From Polyangiales bacterium (GTDB taxonomy: Bacteria > Myxococcota_A > Polyangia > Polyangiales > Ga0077539), in the NCBI GenBank assembly GCA_044229975.1, contig JBGARZ010000021.1:1-64000 (forward strand): a stretch of 64,000 nt of DNA, written 5' to 3'. The number at the start of each line of letters is the position of its first letter. Positions within the stretch are counted from its first letter, which is position 1. Below, piece after piece: positions 41,734-54,492 of the stretch. Made by a program: the position numbers and the translations under genes. The notes under the pieces were generated by a model. That model searched no databases, was not told the origin of the DNA, and worked only from the letters and a program-made list of their open reading frames with translations.

Positions 41734-43128
41734 ATGTCGCGAGTCTCGTTCTTGTTCTTCGTGGTCGGGTTGTCGGCTTGTGTCCCGGAGCTTCGAGTGG
41801 CGCCTCGCGACGCTGCGGAGGACCTGCCAGACAACCAACAACCGATCGACATTGTGTTTGCTGACGACCGCACTGTGACGGTAACTGACGTTCCGCCGTT
41901 GCTAGACATCACGCCGCATGACTCGTTGTTGACGAGCGATCACGTCGGTCCCGACGATGCGGGTGCCGGGATGGACGTATTGGATACTGGAATCACTCCC
42001 GATGTGGTCACTACGGTAGATGTCCCAACGGTACCGGATGTCTCGTTGGATTCCGGGCCGGTAGATGTTGGTTGTTTGGCGTGTTCGCTCCCCAACGCCG
42101 TGGCCATCTGTCGCTCTGGCGCCTGCGGAGTCGATCGGTGTAATGTCGGTTTTGGTGACTGCAATGGTGTCGCGGCCGATGGTTGCGAGGTCGCGCTCGA
42201 TTCTCCTTCCAACTGCGGCGCTTGTGGCTCGTCTTGTGGTTTAGGAGTGTGCTTGTCGCGAACCTGCATCCGACAGCGAAGTTGTCCTGTTGAGTCTGAA
42301 CGCGGTTGCGGCCTGCTCGCGGCACCCGGCGCGAGGTTCGAGATGGGAGCCACCGAAAGTAGCACCGCCGGCATACTCCGAGGCTCCGTCACCGTGTCTG
42401 CGATGGTGACTGACACATACGAGGTGACCGTACGAAGGTTCCGTCGTTTCTGGGAAGCGGGACATCCAACTTCCACAAGCGCGATTCGATATCCGAACGG
42501 TGTCGTGGTCGCGGCTGCTGTTGCTAGTGAGCCTGTGAGCTCGATTAGCGGTATGCAATGCAACTGGACGTTGAGCGAGGCGAGCCGAGAGGATCACCCG
42601 ATCAACTGCGTGGATTGGGCGACAGCGCAATCATTCTGCGCGTGGGACGGTGGACGTCTCCCAACCGAAGCTGAGTGGGAATATCTCTCCCGACATCGGG
42701 AAATCAGCGGCGTTGGCTCACCGCGCCTCTACCCTTGGGGTAACACACCGCCGATAGAGGCCATTCCCGGCTATCCTCGCGCCACTCCCTGTGAACGTGC
42801 GCAGTTCCAAGACTGCCTTGGCGACGACGGCGCCCGAACTCGTCGCGTCGGGAGTTTTCCCGGAACTGGGGGTATTTTTGACCTCGCGGGTAATGTTGTG
42901 GAGTGGGTCGCAGACAATGCTGGGAACTATGGGATCGACCGTTGCTGGACCCCTGTTCCCGTTGATCTTCACGACCCTCTCTGCATAGATGAGGCGAGAG
43001 GGCACTCTCTGCGCGGTGGCAGTTTCCGCGCGGGCGGAATCGAGACGTTGATGTGCGCCTCGCGCGACGCGGCCGCTGCTACCTCCCACGAAGACACTCT
43101 CGGCTTCCGCTGCGTCCGCTCTCCCTGA
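41734..43128 (+). CDS. Lipoprotein with a Cys-rich repeat and an FGE-sulfatase (SUMF1/CLec-fold) domain
   Basis: SD GAAGGAGG, lipobox LSAC, FEMG, YEVT, HPINCVDWATAQSFCAWDGGRLPTEAEWEY, YPWG, DLAGNVVEWV, RGGSF and LGFRCVR. Confidence 0.9.
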   Translation: MSRVSFLFFVVGLSACVPELRVAPRDAAEDLPDNQQPIDIVFADDRTVTVTDVPPLLDITPHDSLLTSDHVGPDDAGAGMDVLDTGITPDVVTTVDVPTVPDVSLDSGPVDVGCLACSLPNAVAICRSGACGVDRCNVGFGDCNGVAADGCEVALDSPSNCGACGSSCGLGVCLSRTCIRQRSCPVESERGCGLLAAPGARFEMGATESSTAGILRGSVTVSAMVTDTYEVTVRRFRRFWEAGHPTSTSAIRYPNGVVVAAAVASEPVSSISGMQCNWTLSEASREDHPINCVDWATAQSFCAWDGGRLPTEAEWEYLSRHREISGVGSPRLYPWGNTPPIEAIPGYPRATPCERAQFQDCLGDDGARTRRVGSFPGTGGIFDLAGNVVEWVADNAGNYGIDRCWTPVPVDLHDPLCIDEARGHSLRGGSFRAGGIETLMCASRDAAAATSHEDTLGFRCVRSP

Positions 43129-43151
43129 TCCACACTCACCCACCGCGGAGC

Positions 43152-43173
43152 CCGGCGTTCTCACGAATGCCGG
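43152..43173 (+). terminator. Hairpin after the FGE-domain gene
   Basis: CCGGCGTTC-TCAC-GAATGCCGG. Confidence 0.35.
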
Positions 43174-43274
43174 TTCCTCGATAACACGCTCGCCCTATCA
43201 CGGTTGCCGTCGTCGCCCATGGCGCCCCTGTCGCCCTTTCCCCGCGTCAGCCATCTAGCCCTCTGCGCCCGCGC

Positions 43275-43304
43275 TTGACACCCCGTCCACGCCGCGACTA
43301 GCAC
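43275..43304 (+). promoter_or_regulatory. Putative sigma70-type promoter of the ABC operon
   Basis: Perfect -35 TTGACA, 18 nt spacer, weak -10 TAGCAC. Confidence 0.4.
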
Positions 43305-43317
43305 CCCCTCCACGCCC

Positions 43318-44286
43318 GTGATCGAGACCCATCAACTCACCCGTCGCTTCGGCGCGCGCACCGCCGTCGAAGCCCTCTCGTTCACCGTCCCCAAGGGGGC
43401 CATCGTGGGCTTCCTCGGGCCCAATGGGGCCGGTAAGAGCACCACCCTCAAGATGCTCTCCGGCTTCCTGCCGCCCACCTCCGGCACCGCGCGCATCGGC
43501 GGCCTCGACGTCGTCAATGACTCCCTCGCCGCCCGCCGACTCATCGGCTACATGCCCGAGAGCGTCCCCCTCCACCCGGAGATGCGCGTCCGCGAGTACC
43601 TTCGCTTTCGCGCCGAAATCAAGGGCGTCACCCGTCAGCGCGACGCCGCCGTCGACCGCGCGCTCGAGCTCGCCGACGTCGCCGACGTCGCCGCCCGCCT
43701 CATCGGTGAGCTCTCCAAGGGCTACAAACAACGCGTCGGGCTCGCCGACGCCCTCGTCGCCAAACCCCCACTCCTCATCCTCGATGAGCCCACCGAGGGC
43801 CTCGACCCCAACCAGATCCAGCGCTTTCGCGACATGCTCAAGCGCCTCGCCGCCGAGCACACCATCCTCCTCTCCACGCACATCATGCAGGAGGTCGAGG
43901 CCGTCTGTGAGCGCGTCATCATCGTTCACAAAGGCCGCATCGCCGCGGACGGTCCGCTCGAAGAAGTCCGCGCCCAGCTCACCGGAGGCGAGCGCGACCT
44001 CGTCCTCAAGCTCCATCCCCGCGAGCACGCCGTCGCCTGGCGCGATGACCCCGCCGCCGCCGCGAAGGCCCTCGTCGAACCCGTCACCGGAGTCTCCTTC
44101 CGAGAAGCCATCATGGACGGTGAGCTCGCCAGCGTGACGGTTCGCACCGCGGACAAAGACGACTCCGTCGAGGCACTCGTCGCGCGCTGCGTGCAGGGTG
44201 GCCTCGGCGTCCGCGCGCTCTCCCCGCGCGGCGGCAGCCTCGAACGAGTCTTTCAAGCGCTCACGGGCGCAGAAGGTGACGCATGA
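43318..44286 (+). CDS. ABC-2 transporter ATP-binding protein (GldA-like)
   Basis: GPNGAGKST, signature LSKGYKQRVG, LILDEPTEGLDP and LSTH. Confidence 0.93.
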   Translation: MIETHQLTRRFGARTAVEALSFTVPKGAIVGFLGPNGAGKSTTLKMLSGFLPPTSGTARIGGLDVVNDSLAARRLIGYMPESVPLHPEMRVREYLRFRAEIKGVTRQRDAAVDRALELADVADVAARLIGELSKGYKQRVGLADALVAKPPLLILDEPTEGLDPNQIQRFRDMLKRLAAEHTILLSTHIMQEVEAVCERVIIVHKGRIAADGPLEEVRAQLTGGERDLVLKLHPREHAVAWRDDPAAAAKALVEPVTGVSFREAIMDGELASVTVRTADKDDSVEALVARCVQGGLGVRALSPRGGSLERVFQALTGAEGDA

Positions 44287-45032
44287 GGACGGCGTGGGCG
44301 ATCTACAAGCGTGAGCTCATCGGCGTGTTCTGCTCGCCGCTGGCCTATGTCGTGATGGTGGCGTTTCTGCTCTTCAATGGAGTGCTGTTCTGGTTCTTCA
44401 TGCGAATGACGGCGGATAATCCCGCCCTCACCGGGGCGCGGTCGCCGCTCCAGATGTTCTTCGGGGCCACCATTCTCTCCATCCTGACCCTGCTGGTGTT
44501 TAGCCCCGCCACCACCATGCGCACCTTCGCCGAAGAGCGCCGCGCCCGAACCTTCGAGACCCTCTTCACCGCGCCCGTCACCGACCTCTCCGTCGTCGTC
44601 GGCAAGTACCTCGGCGCCATGACCTTCTACGCCTCGCTCTGGGCGCCCACCGCCCTCTACGCCCTCGTCGTGCGGCGCTACGGCTCCGTCGACTGGGGCG
44701 CCCTCGCGGCGGGCTACACCGGCATGCTCCTCATCGGCTCGGCCTTCGTCGCGCTCGGCATCCTCATGTCCGCCCTCGCGCGCTCGCAGGTCGTCGCGTA
44801 CATGCTGACCTTCCTCGCCATCGGGGGAGTGATGTTTTCCCTCGGACTCGGGTCGTACATCTTTCAAGAAGAGTCGACGCGGCAGTTCTTCTCCTACGTG
44901 AACCTCTGGGAGCACATGGAGCACTTCTCCGTTGGCCTCATCGACTCGCGCGCGCTCGTCTATTACGGCTCCATCGCCGTCGGCGCCCTGGCCCTCGCGA
45001 CGCGAACCCTCTCCGTGCGGAGGGAGTCATGA
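44283..45032 (+). CDS. ABC-2 transporter permease (GldF-like)
   Basis: IYKREL..F.SPLAY, PATTMRTFAEERRARTFETLFTAPV..VVGKYL, and 6 TMs. Confidence 0.9.
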   Translation: MRTAWAIYKRELIGVFCSPLAYVVMVAFLLFNGVLFWFFMRMTADNPALTGARSPLQMFFGATILSILTLLVFSPATTMRTFAEERRARTFETLFTAPVTDLSVVVGKYLGAMTFYASLWAPTALYALVVRRYGSVDWGALAAGYTGMLLIGSAFVALGILMSALARSQVVAYMLTFLAIGGVMFSLGLGSYIFQEESTRQFFSYVNLWEHMEHFSVGLIDSRALVYYGSIAVGALALATRTLSVRRES

Positions 45033-46603
45033 GCGAGCCCACGCCGACGACCGAGATCGCACCCGAGTCGACGCCCGACACCGCGCCACCCGCGTGGCTC
45101 GACCGCCTCATGAACGGCCCCGTCTGGGTGCTGCTCGTCGTCGCCCTCTTCACGCTCGTCAACTACACCGCCTCGCGCCACTACCGCCGCTGGGACTGGA
45201 CCTCCGCGCAGCGCTTCACGCTCTCCCCGCGCTCGACCCAGATCGCCCGCGGCCTGCGCGAACCCGTCGACCTCTACGTGCTGCTCGCCGGCCGTGACCC
45301 GCTCTTCGCCGAGACCCGCGAGCTCGCCGAGCGCTACGCCGCCGCGTCGTCGCGGGTGCGCCTCCACCTCATCGATCCTGACCGGCAGCGCGAGGAGTAC
45401 ATCCGCCTCGCCGACCAGCTCGGCCTCGCCCAACCCGACCGCACCGAAGACGGGCGCACCATCGCGACCGCGGGCATCGTGGTGAGTCGCGGCACCCGTC
45501 ACTGGGAGGTCGAGCGAACCCAGTTGCAGGAGCTCGGACCGGCGCCCACCAGCGACGAAGGCAACGAAGGATCGCGGCTGCTCAACGCCAAGATCACCGT
45601 CGAGCGGCGCATCTCGGAAGGTCTCCTCCAGGTCGACCGCGAGCGCGTGACGAAGCTGTGCTTCTCCACGGGCCACGCCGAGATGCCCATCGTGGCGGGT
45701 GAGCGCGCCTCGGCGGGCCTCGCCGACGACCTGCGGCACCTCAACTTCGAGGTGACCGAGTCGGAGGTGCGCGGGCAGACGGGCGTTCCGTCGGACTGCG
45801 ATGCGCTGGTGATCGCCGGCCCGCAGCGGGCGTGGTCGCGCGAGGACGCCGACGCCGTGGTGCGCTACCTGCGCGCGGGCGGCAACCTCGTGCTCTTCGT
45901 CGACCCGGTGTTGTTGGAGGGACGAGTGGTTCCGACGGGCCTGGAGGACGTGGTCGCGATGGCGGGCATGGGGTTGCCTGCGGCCATCGTGGTGGAGGGC
46001 GATCAGCAGCACCTGCTGCCCGACGCGCTCCCCGTGCACTTCCGCGCCGACACCTGGAACGAACACGACATCACCACCAACCTCCGCGGCGCCTCGGTGC
46101 TGGTGAGCATGGCGCGGCCCGTGGTGCGCGCCGAGGGGGCGACCGCCGCGACGTCGCTGGTGCTGTCGACCCCAGCGGCGTGGGGCGAGACGGGCATCGC
46201 CGACCTCATGCGCAACCACGCGCCGGCGAAGGGCGCCGACGACGTGCAGGGCCCCGTGTCGCTGGCGATGGCCGGGATGGTGGCCGACGGTCGCTCGCGC
46301 GGCGAGGGCGTGGCGTCGGGTCGCGTCGTCGTCGTGGGCAGCTCGGAGATGGTGGGCCCCGACTACTTCAACCTCCGCGTGCGCTCGTCGGTGGCCAACG
46401 CCAACCTCGCCGAGGCCGCCATCGGGTGGGCCACCGCGCGTCGTGAACTCGTGAACATCCCAGGTCGCCCCGTCGACCGCGCGGCGCTGCTCGTGAGCCC
46501 CAATGACCTCACCAAGATCGGCATCTACGTGATGTTGTTGATCCCGCTGGCGGCGGGGCTCGTCGGGCTCGCGGTCTCCCGCGCGCGAAAGAACGCCGCG
46601 TGA
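45029..46603 (+). CDS. GldG-like ABC-associated protein (GIFT domain)
   Basis: RWDWTSAQRFTLS, FSTGHAE, DALVIAGPQR, YLRAGGNLVLFVDP, GRVVVVGS, with N- and C-terminal TMs. Confidence 0.85.
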   Translation: MSEPTPTTEIAPESTPDTAPPAWLDRLMNGPVWVLLVVALFTLVNYTASRHYRRWDWTSAQRFTLSPRSTQIARGLREPVDLYVLLAGRDPLFAETRELAERYAAASSRVRLHLIDPDRQREEYIRLADQLGLAQPDRTEDGRTIATAGIVVSRGTRHWEVERTQLQELGPAPTSDEGNEGSRLLNAKITVERRISEGLLQVDRERVTKLCFSTGHAEMPIVAGERASAGLADDLRHLNFEVTESEVRGQTGVPSDCDALVIAGPQRAWSREDADAVVRYLRAGGNLVLFVDPVLLEGRVVPTGLEDVVAMAGMGLPAAIVVEGDQQHLLPDALPVHFRADTWNEHDITTNLRGASVLVSMARPVVRAEGATAATSLVLSTPAAWGETGIADLMRNHAPAKGADDVQGPVSLAMAGMVADGRSRGEGVASGRVVVVGSSEMVGPDYFNLRVRSSVANANLAEAAIGWATARRELVNIPGRPVDRAALLVSPNDLTKIGIYVMLLIPLAAGLVGLAVSRARKNAA

Positions 46604-48816
46604 AGCGCTACCGCACCCATCTCATTCTCGCCGTGATCGTCGGCGGCCTGTCGGGCTTCCTGGTCTGGGACCGTCAACGGGCCAGCACCGGCGACCTGGA
46701 GTCGCGGCACCGCAACGTGTGGCGGGCCTTCCATCGCGAGCGGGTCGACCGCATCGAGGTGGCGCACACCAGCGGTCGCTACGAGCTCACCCGCCGCGCC
46801 CAGGCATGGACCATCCGCAGCGGCAACATGGCGCGGCCCGCCGACGCGGTGGAGGTCGAGCGCGTGCTCTCGGAGATCGAAGGAGCCGAGGCCAACCGCT
46901 CGCTCGGTCCGCTCGATGGGGCGGCGCGTCGGCGCTTCGGGCTGGAGCCGGGGCACACGCAGGTGGTGGTGCACGAGGGCTCGGAGGTGACGGCGCGCTT
47001 CGCGCTCGGCGGCGCCGTGGAGCGCGAAGACCGGGTGTACGTCGCGGCCAGCGCCCAGGACGGCGGGCGCGACAGCGCGGTGACCGGCGTGGTGCTGGGC
47101 AAGGCCTTTGGTGACCTCTTCGACCGCATGGCGACGGCGTACCGCGACCGCTCGGTGGCCGACGTGGAGCCCTCGCGGCTCGATCGCATCACGCTCACCC
47201 ACGAGACGCGTCGGGTGGTGCTCGATCGCACGGGCGGCGTGTGGCGGCTCAACGAGCCCGCGTGGGGCCGAGCGTCGCGCGGGTCGGTCGAGGCGATGAC
47301 GTCGCAGCTCCGCGAGCTGCGGGCCGAGCGGGTGATCGCGGATGACCCCGACGCCGCGGCGCTGCTGCGCTACGGGCTGGAGCCGGCGGTGACGCGGGTC
47401 GAGCTGCGTCGCGGCAACATCGAGCCGGTGGTGCTGCGCCTCGGTGAGCCGTGCCCCGGGCACGACGGCGAGGTGACCGCGATGCGCGAGGGCACGGGCA
47501 CGGTGGTGTGCTTCCCGAGGACGTTCGCGGATGCGTTCAGGGTGCCGCCCGATGGGCTGCGTGATGACCGGGTGCTGGCGGCGCGCACCGACGAGGTGTC
47601 GCGCGTGCGGGTGTCGGGCGGGGCGCCGGGCGGCGGTGAGCTGGTGCTGGAGCGAACGGGCTCGCAGTGGCGCTCGACGACCGCGGGGGTGACGGTCGAC
47701 CCGGAGGCCATCGAGTCGTGGCTGACGACGCTGCACGACCTCGCGTCGGCGCAGCGCATCGACGGCGACGTGCGGGCGGCGCACGGCATCGGGGCGACGT
47801 CGCGCACCATCACGGTCGAGCGCGAGGGCGTCGAAGGCAGCGAGCGCATCGTGATCGGGACGCCCGACGCGACGGGCTTCTACGTGAGCCGCGACGACGA
47901 GAGCGTGGTGCTGCGCTTCGCGGCGTCGGCGGCGGAGACGCTGCTCGTGGACGCGCTGCGGTTTCGCCCGCGGGCGCTGGTGCACGACACGGCCGACGAC
48001 CTGCGCGCCGTGCTGGTGGACGTCGGGGCGATGCACGAGGAGATCGTTCGGGGGGAGGAGGGCTTCCGCCTGGCGCGGCCGCAGACGGGGAGGGCCGACC
48101 CGGCGCTGGTGACCGACCTCGGTCGGCAGATCGCGACGCTGGAGGTGGAGCGCTGGGTCTCGGTGACGCCGCGGCCCGAGCACGGGCTGACGACGCCGCG
48201 GGCGAGGGTGGTGGCGCGCTACGAGGGGCGCGGTCCGGCGAGCGACGGCGGGGTCGACGCGTCGGTGGCCGCGGTGCGCACCTACGGGTTGAGCATCGGC
48301 GCCGAGGCGACGGGCGGCGGGAGCTACGCGACGCTCGACGGGGGCCCAGGGGTCTTCGTGATGCCGCGGGCGCTGGTGGAGCTGGTGACGCAGCCGCACC
48401 TCGACCACGCGGCGACCCTCATCGCGCGCGACGGGTTGCAGCGGCTGGTGCTGCGCTTCACCGGGCCTGCGCGGGTCGTGACGGTGGTGCGCGACGGCGA
48501 GCGCTGGCGTACCGAGAGCGGGGCGCCGGCGGACACGGCGCGGGTCGACGCGCTGCTGGAGACGCTGGGCGCGATGGGGTCGCCGCGGGCCTTCGCGTAC
48601 GGGCCACCGGGCCCGGAGATGGGCTTCGTGTTTCCCACGGTGGTGATCGAGGCGACGTACGGCGGCGACGCGGGCGCGCGCTCGGTGCGCCAGATGGTCG
48701 GAGCGCGGTACGGGAGCGGCGAGGGCGCGGGGTTCTACGTGCGGCGCGACGGGCTCGACGCGACGCTGTCGTGGCCCGAGGCGGTGGTGGACTCGCTGCG
48801 GGGGTTCAGTCCGTAG
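46600..48816 (+). CDS. DUF4340-repeat membrane-anchored protein
   Basis: N-terminal TM and repeated L.R....W....AD...V units with (F/Y/H)GL.P motifs; typical fourth gene of Gld-like ABC operons. Confidence 0.8.
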   Translation: MKRYRTHLILAVIVGGLSGFLVWDRQRASTGDLESRHRNVWRAFHRERVDRIEVAHTSGRYELTRRAQAWTIRSGNMARPADAVEVERVLSEIEGAEANRSLGPLDGAARRRFGLEPGHTQVVVHEGSEVTARFALGGAVEREDRVYVAASAQDGGRDSAVTGVVLGKAFGDLFDRMATAYRDRSVADVEPSRLDRITLTHETRRVVLDRTGGVWRLNEPAWGRASRGSVEAMTSQLRELRAERVIADDPDAAALLRYGLEPAVTRVELRRGNIEPVVLRLGEPCPGHDGEVTAMREGTGTVVCFPRTFADAFRVPPDGLRDDRVLAARTDEVSRVRVSGGAPGGGELVLERTGSQWRSTTAGVTVDPEAIESWLTTLHDLASAQRIDGDVRAAHGIGATSRTITVEREGVEGSERIVIGTPDATGFYVSRDDESVVLRFAASAAETLLVDALRFRPRALVHDTADDLRAVLVDVGAMHEEIVRGEEGFRLARPQTGRADPALVTDLGRQIATLEVERWVSVTPRPEHGLTTPRARVVARYEGRGPASDGGVDASVAAVRTYGLSIGAEATGGGSYATLDGGPGVFVMPRALVELVTQPHLDHAATLIARDGLQRLVLRFTGPARVVTVVRDGERWRTESGAPADTARVDALLETLGAMGSPRAFAYGPPGPEMGFVFPTVVIEATYGGDAGARSVRQMVGARYGSGEGAGFYVRRDGLDATLSWPEAVVDSLRGFSP

Positions 48817-48828
48817 TCGCCGCGCGCA

Positions 48829-49917
48829 TCACCGACCACCCACTCCAACCACCCGCGCCACATACCTTCCCAGCACCCGGTTGCCATCGCCCCGGTAGTG
48901 CAGCGCGTCGCCCGGCAGCCGCAGCGCCTCGGGCCGCGTGCTCGCCCGCCACTCGTCGAGCGGATCATGCACCGTGAACCCCGCTGCCCGCCCCGCCGCG
49001 GCCACCAGCGCGTGCGCCGCCTGCCAATGGTAGTGCGACCAATCCCGCAGCACCGGCGAGATCACCAGGTGCCCCGTCGCCCCGTCCGCCCTTACCGCGT
49101 CGCCCAGCGCCCGCAGTCCTTCCGCGACGCGCGCCACCCGATCGGGCAGCGCATACATCACCGTGTATTCGTCGCGGTAGTCCGCGCTCCTCTGGTGCCT
49201 CTGTACTCGCCACGCCGACCGCGCCCGCGCCACCCATCGCAGCGACGCGCCCTCCTCCTCGCGCTGCCCCAACCCTTCGAGCGTCTCCGCTCGCACCGGC
49301 GCCACCCGATCGAAGAACGCGTCCTGCTCATCCTTCCGCCGCATCTCCTCCGGCGTCGCGTACCGGTTGAAGGGCCCGCTCATGATCATCACGTCGTTGA
49401 TGCAGTAGACGACCACCACCACCGTCGGCCGAAACCGCCGCACCGCGCGCACATACCAGAGCGCCTCTTGCGCGGTGTCGTACCCGCTGACGCCGAAGTT
49501 CAGCACCTCCGCGCGACCGCCCGACGCTGCCTCGATGTGTCTCGGGAGCGTGTCCGCCAGCGCGATCTCTTCGCCCCACACCACCGAGTCACCGACCACC
49601 GCCACGCGCGTTCGCCCGTCGCCCCGCTCGTCGTGCTCGCGGTCGTCGCGCATCCCCGCCGCGTTGAAGCCCGCCACCCCGTACGGCATCAACACCGACG
49701 CTCCTCGATGCGGCTCGTAGATGAGCCGGGCGTCGTCCGAGCGCTGGTAGATGGTGGCGTTCATTCGCGAGATGCGTTGCCGCCATGGACGGTCGCCGTC
49801 GGAGGTGTGCCCGCTCCCGCGCGAGTACACCCGGTACACGACCTCCCCTCCCAGCACGGCGACCACCGTGCCCACTGCGAGCAGCCCCAGCCGCACCCCC
49901 ACCGCTCGCCTCGTCAT
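48829..49917 (-). CDS. SGNH/GDSL hydrolase family protein, membrane-anchored
   Basis: VGDSVVWG (block I), NFGVSGY (II), CIND (III) and DALH (V). Confidence 0.88.
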   Translation of the reverse strand: MTRRAVGVRLGLLAVGTVVAVLGGEVVYRVYSRGSGHTSDGDRPWRQRISRMNATIYQRSDDARLIYEPHRGASVLMPYGVAGFNAAGMRDDREHDERGDGRTRVAVVGDSVVWGEEIALADTLPRHIEAASGGRAEVLNFGVSGYDTAQEALWYVRAVRRFRPTVVVVVYCINDVMIMSGPFNRYATPEEMRRKDEQDAFFDRVAPVRAETLEGLGQREEEGASLRWVARARSAWRVQRHQRSADYRDEYTVMYALPDRVARVAEGLRALGDAVRADGATGHLVISPVLRDWSHYHWQAAHALVAAAGRAAGFTVHDPLDEWRASTRPEALRLPGDALHYRGDGNRVLGRYVARVVGVGGR

Positions 49918-49990
49918 CGCGGGCGAAGCCTATCCCACCGCCTCCGCCTTGCGTCCCTGTTGCCGTTGCGGTGGTACGCTCCGCCCCACC

Positions 49991-50860
49991 ATGGAACCCG
50001 CCGCCGCCGTGTTGTTGTTCCCCCTGTTCATCCTCTTCGTGATGGCCATGCGGTCCATCCGACAGGTCAACCAGTGGCAGGTGGCGCTGCGCTTCACCCT
50101 CGGCAAATTCACCGGCCGCATCGAGCCGGGCATCACGTTGTTGATGCCGTTCTTGCAGCAGATGGTGCTCATCGACACCCGCATCCGAAACCGCGACCTC
50201 CCCGCGCAGATGGTCATCACCCGGGACAACGTCTCCGCGATGATCGACGCGGTCGTCTACTACAAGGTCGTCGACCCCGAGAAGGCCACGCTCAACGTCG
50301 AAAACTACGAGACCGCCGTGCGCGACCGCGCCAAGGTGGTACTCCGCGACATCGCCGGAGAGACCACCCTCGACGAGCTGCTCCAGCACCGCGAAGAGAT
50401 CGCCGCCAAGGTGCGCCTCGCCGTCGAGGAGTTCGTCGCGCAGTGGGGCCTGCACGTCGAGCTCATCGCGATTCAAGACATCCAGCTCCCGCAGATGATG
50501 CAGGAGGTCATCGCGAAGAAGGCCATCGCCGAGCGCGAGCGGCAGTTCGTCATCATCAAGTCGCAGGCCGACGTCGAGAGCGCCAAGAACTTCGCCGAGG
50601 CCGCCCGCATCCTCACCGAGTCCCCCGGCGCCATGGAACTCCGTCGCCTCGAAGCCCTCCAGACCCTGACGGGCACCGGCGTCAGCAAGGTCATCTTCGA
50701 CCTCGCGCGCCCCACCGAGACGCACCCCGCCGCGATGGCCGCTGCGATGGCCGACGACCGCACCAACGTCCGCGTCGCCCCCGGCACCGAAGCCCCCGTC
50801 CAGACCGCCCGCGAAGAGATGGCCGCCGCCTCCGCCGCCATGCACCGTGCCTCGCGCTGA
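49991..50860 (+). CDS. SPFH/stomatin (band 7) family membrane protein
   Basis: N-terminal TM, FTLGK..PGI, ITRDNV..IDAVVYYKVVDP and AERER..AMELRRLEAL. Start at ATG 49991. Confidence 0.92.
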   Translation: MEPAAAVLLFPLFILFVMAMRSIRQVNQWQVALRFTLGKFTGRIEPGITLLMPFLQQMVLIDTRIRNRDLPAQMVITRDNVSAMIDAVVYYKVVDPEKATLNVENYETAVRDRAKVVLRDIAGETTLDELLQHREEIAAKVRLAVEEFVAQWGLHVELIAIQDIQLPQMMQEVIAKKAIAERERQFVIIKSQADVESAKNFAEAARILTESPGAMELRRLEALQTLTGTGVSKVIFDLARPTETHPAAMAAAMADDRTNVRVAPGTEAPVQTAREEMAAASAAMHRASR

Positions 50861-51366
50861 TCATCCCGACGGCGACGCCCTCCGCCACGCCGCCGTCGCC
50901 GCCGCGCCCGACCCTCGCCTCCGTTCGATGCTCGCCACCGCGACCGTCACCGTCGCCCCCGAAAACCAGCCCTGGGCCGCCAGCCATGGGTCCGTCCAGG
51001 GCTACGCCGTCGCCGTCGCGCTCTGCGCCGAAGACCTCGCCGCCGTCGACACCTCGCACTCCCTCCGCGACCAGTTGGTGCGCGCCTTCGCGGCCGCCGT
51101 CGCCGCGTCCCGTCACCACTCGCTGAGCTCCGTCGTCACGCGCTGGAACCGTCGCGTCCGCGCGGACACCGCGACCTACCGCGACGCGGCCGTCGACTCG
51201 ACCGAGGTCACCCTCGCCGAGGGCCTCCGGTGCTACCTCGCCGCCGACGCGGGCTCCCTCGCCGCCCACGAAGACGGAGCGACCGTGACCGTGCGCGCTC
51301 CCTCCATCGACCGCCGCGCGCGGCCGAAGGTCGAAGCCGCGCTGCGCTCGATGCTGGGGCCGAAGG

Positions 51367-51386
<20 letters not shown>
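50847..51386 (+). CDS. Hypothetical protein
   Basis: Overlaps the SPFH stop by 14 nt; codon usage matches its neighbour. Confidence 0.6.
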
Positions 51387-54447
<3,061 letters not shown>

Positions 54448-54492
54448 GCGCGCGCCGGGGACGGGCGCGGCGACTCTACCACCGCCGTCGCG

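Noticed and set aside
40059..43128. Prophage or tailocin remnant suggested by the collagen fibre and low GC
   Set aside because: The proteins have Sec or lipoprotein signals, and there are no phage structural, integrase or lysis genes.
41734..43317. Diversity-generating retroelement at the FGE/CLec genes
   Set aside because: No reverse transcriptase, accessory gene or template-repeat copy was seen in the window.
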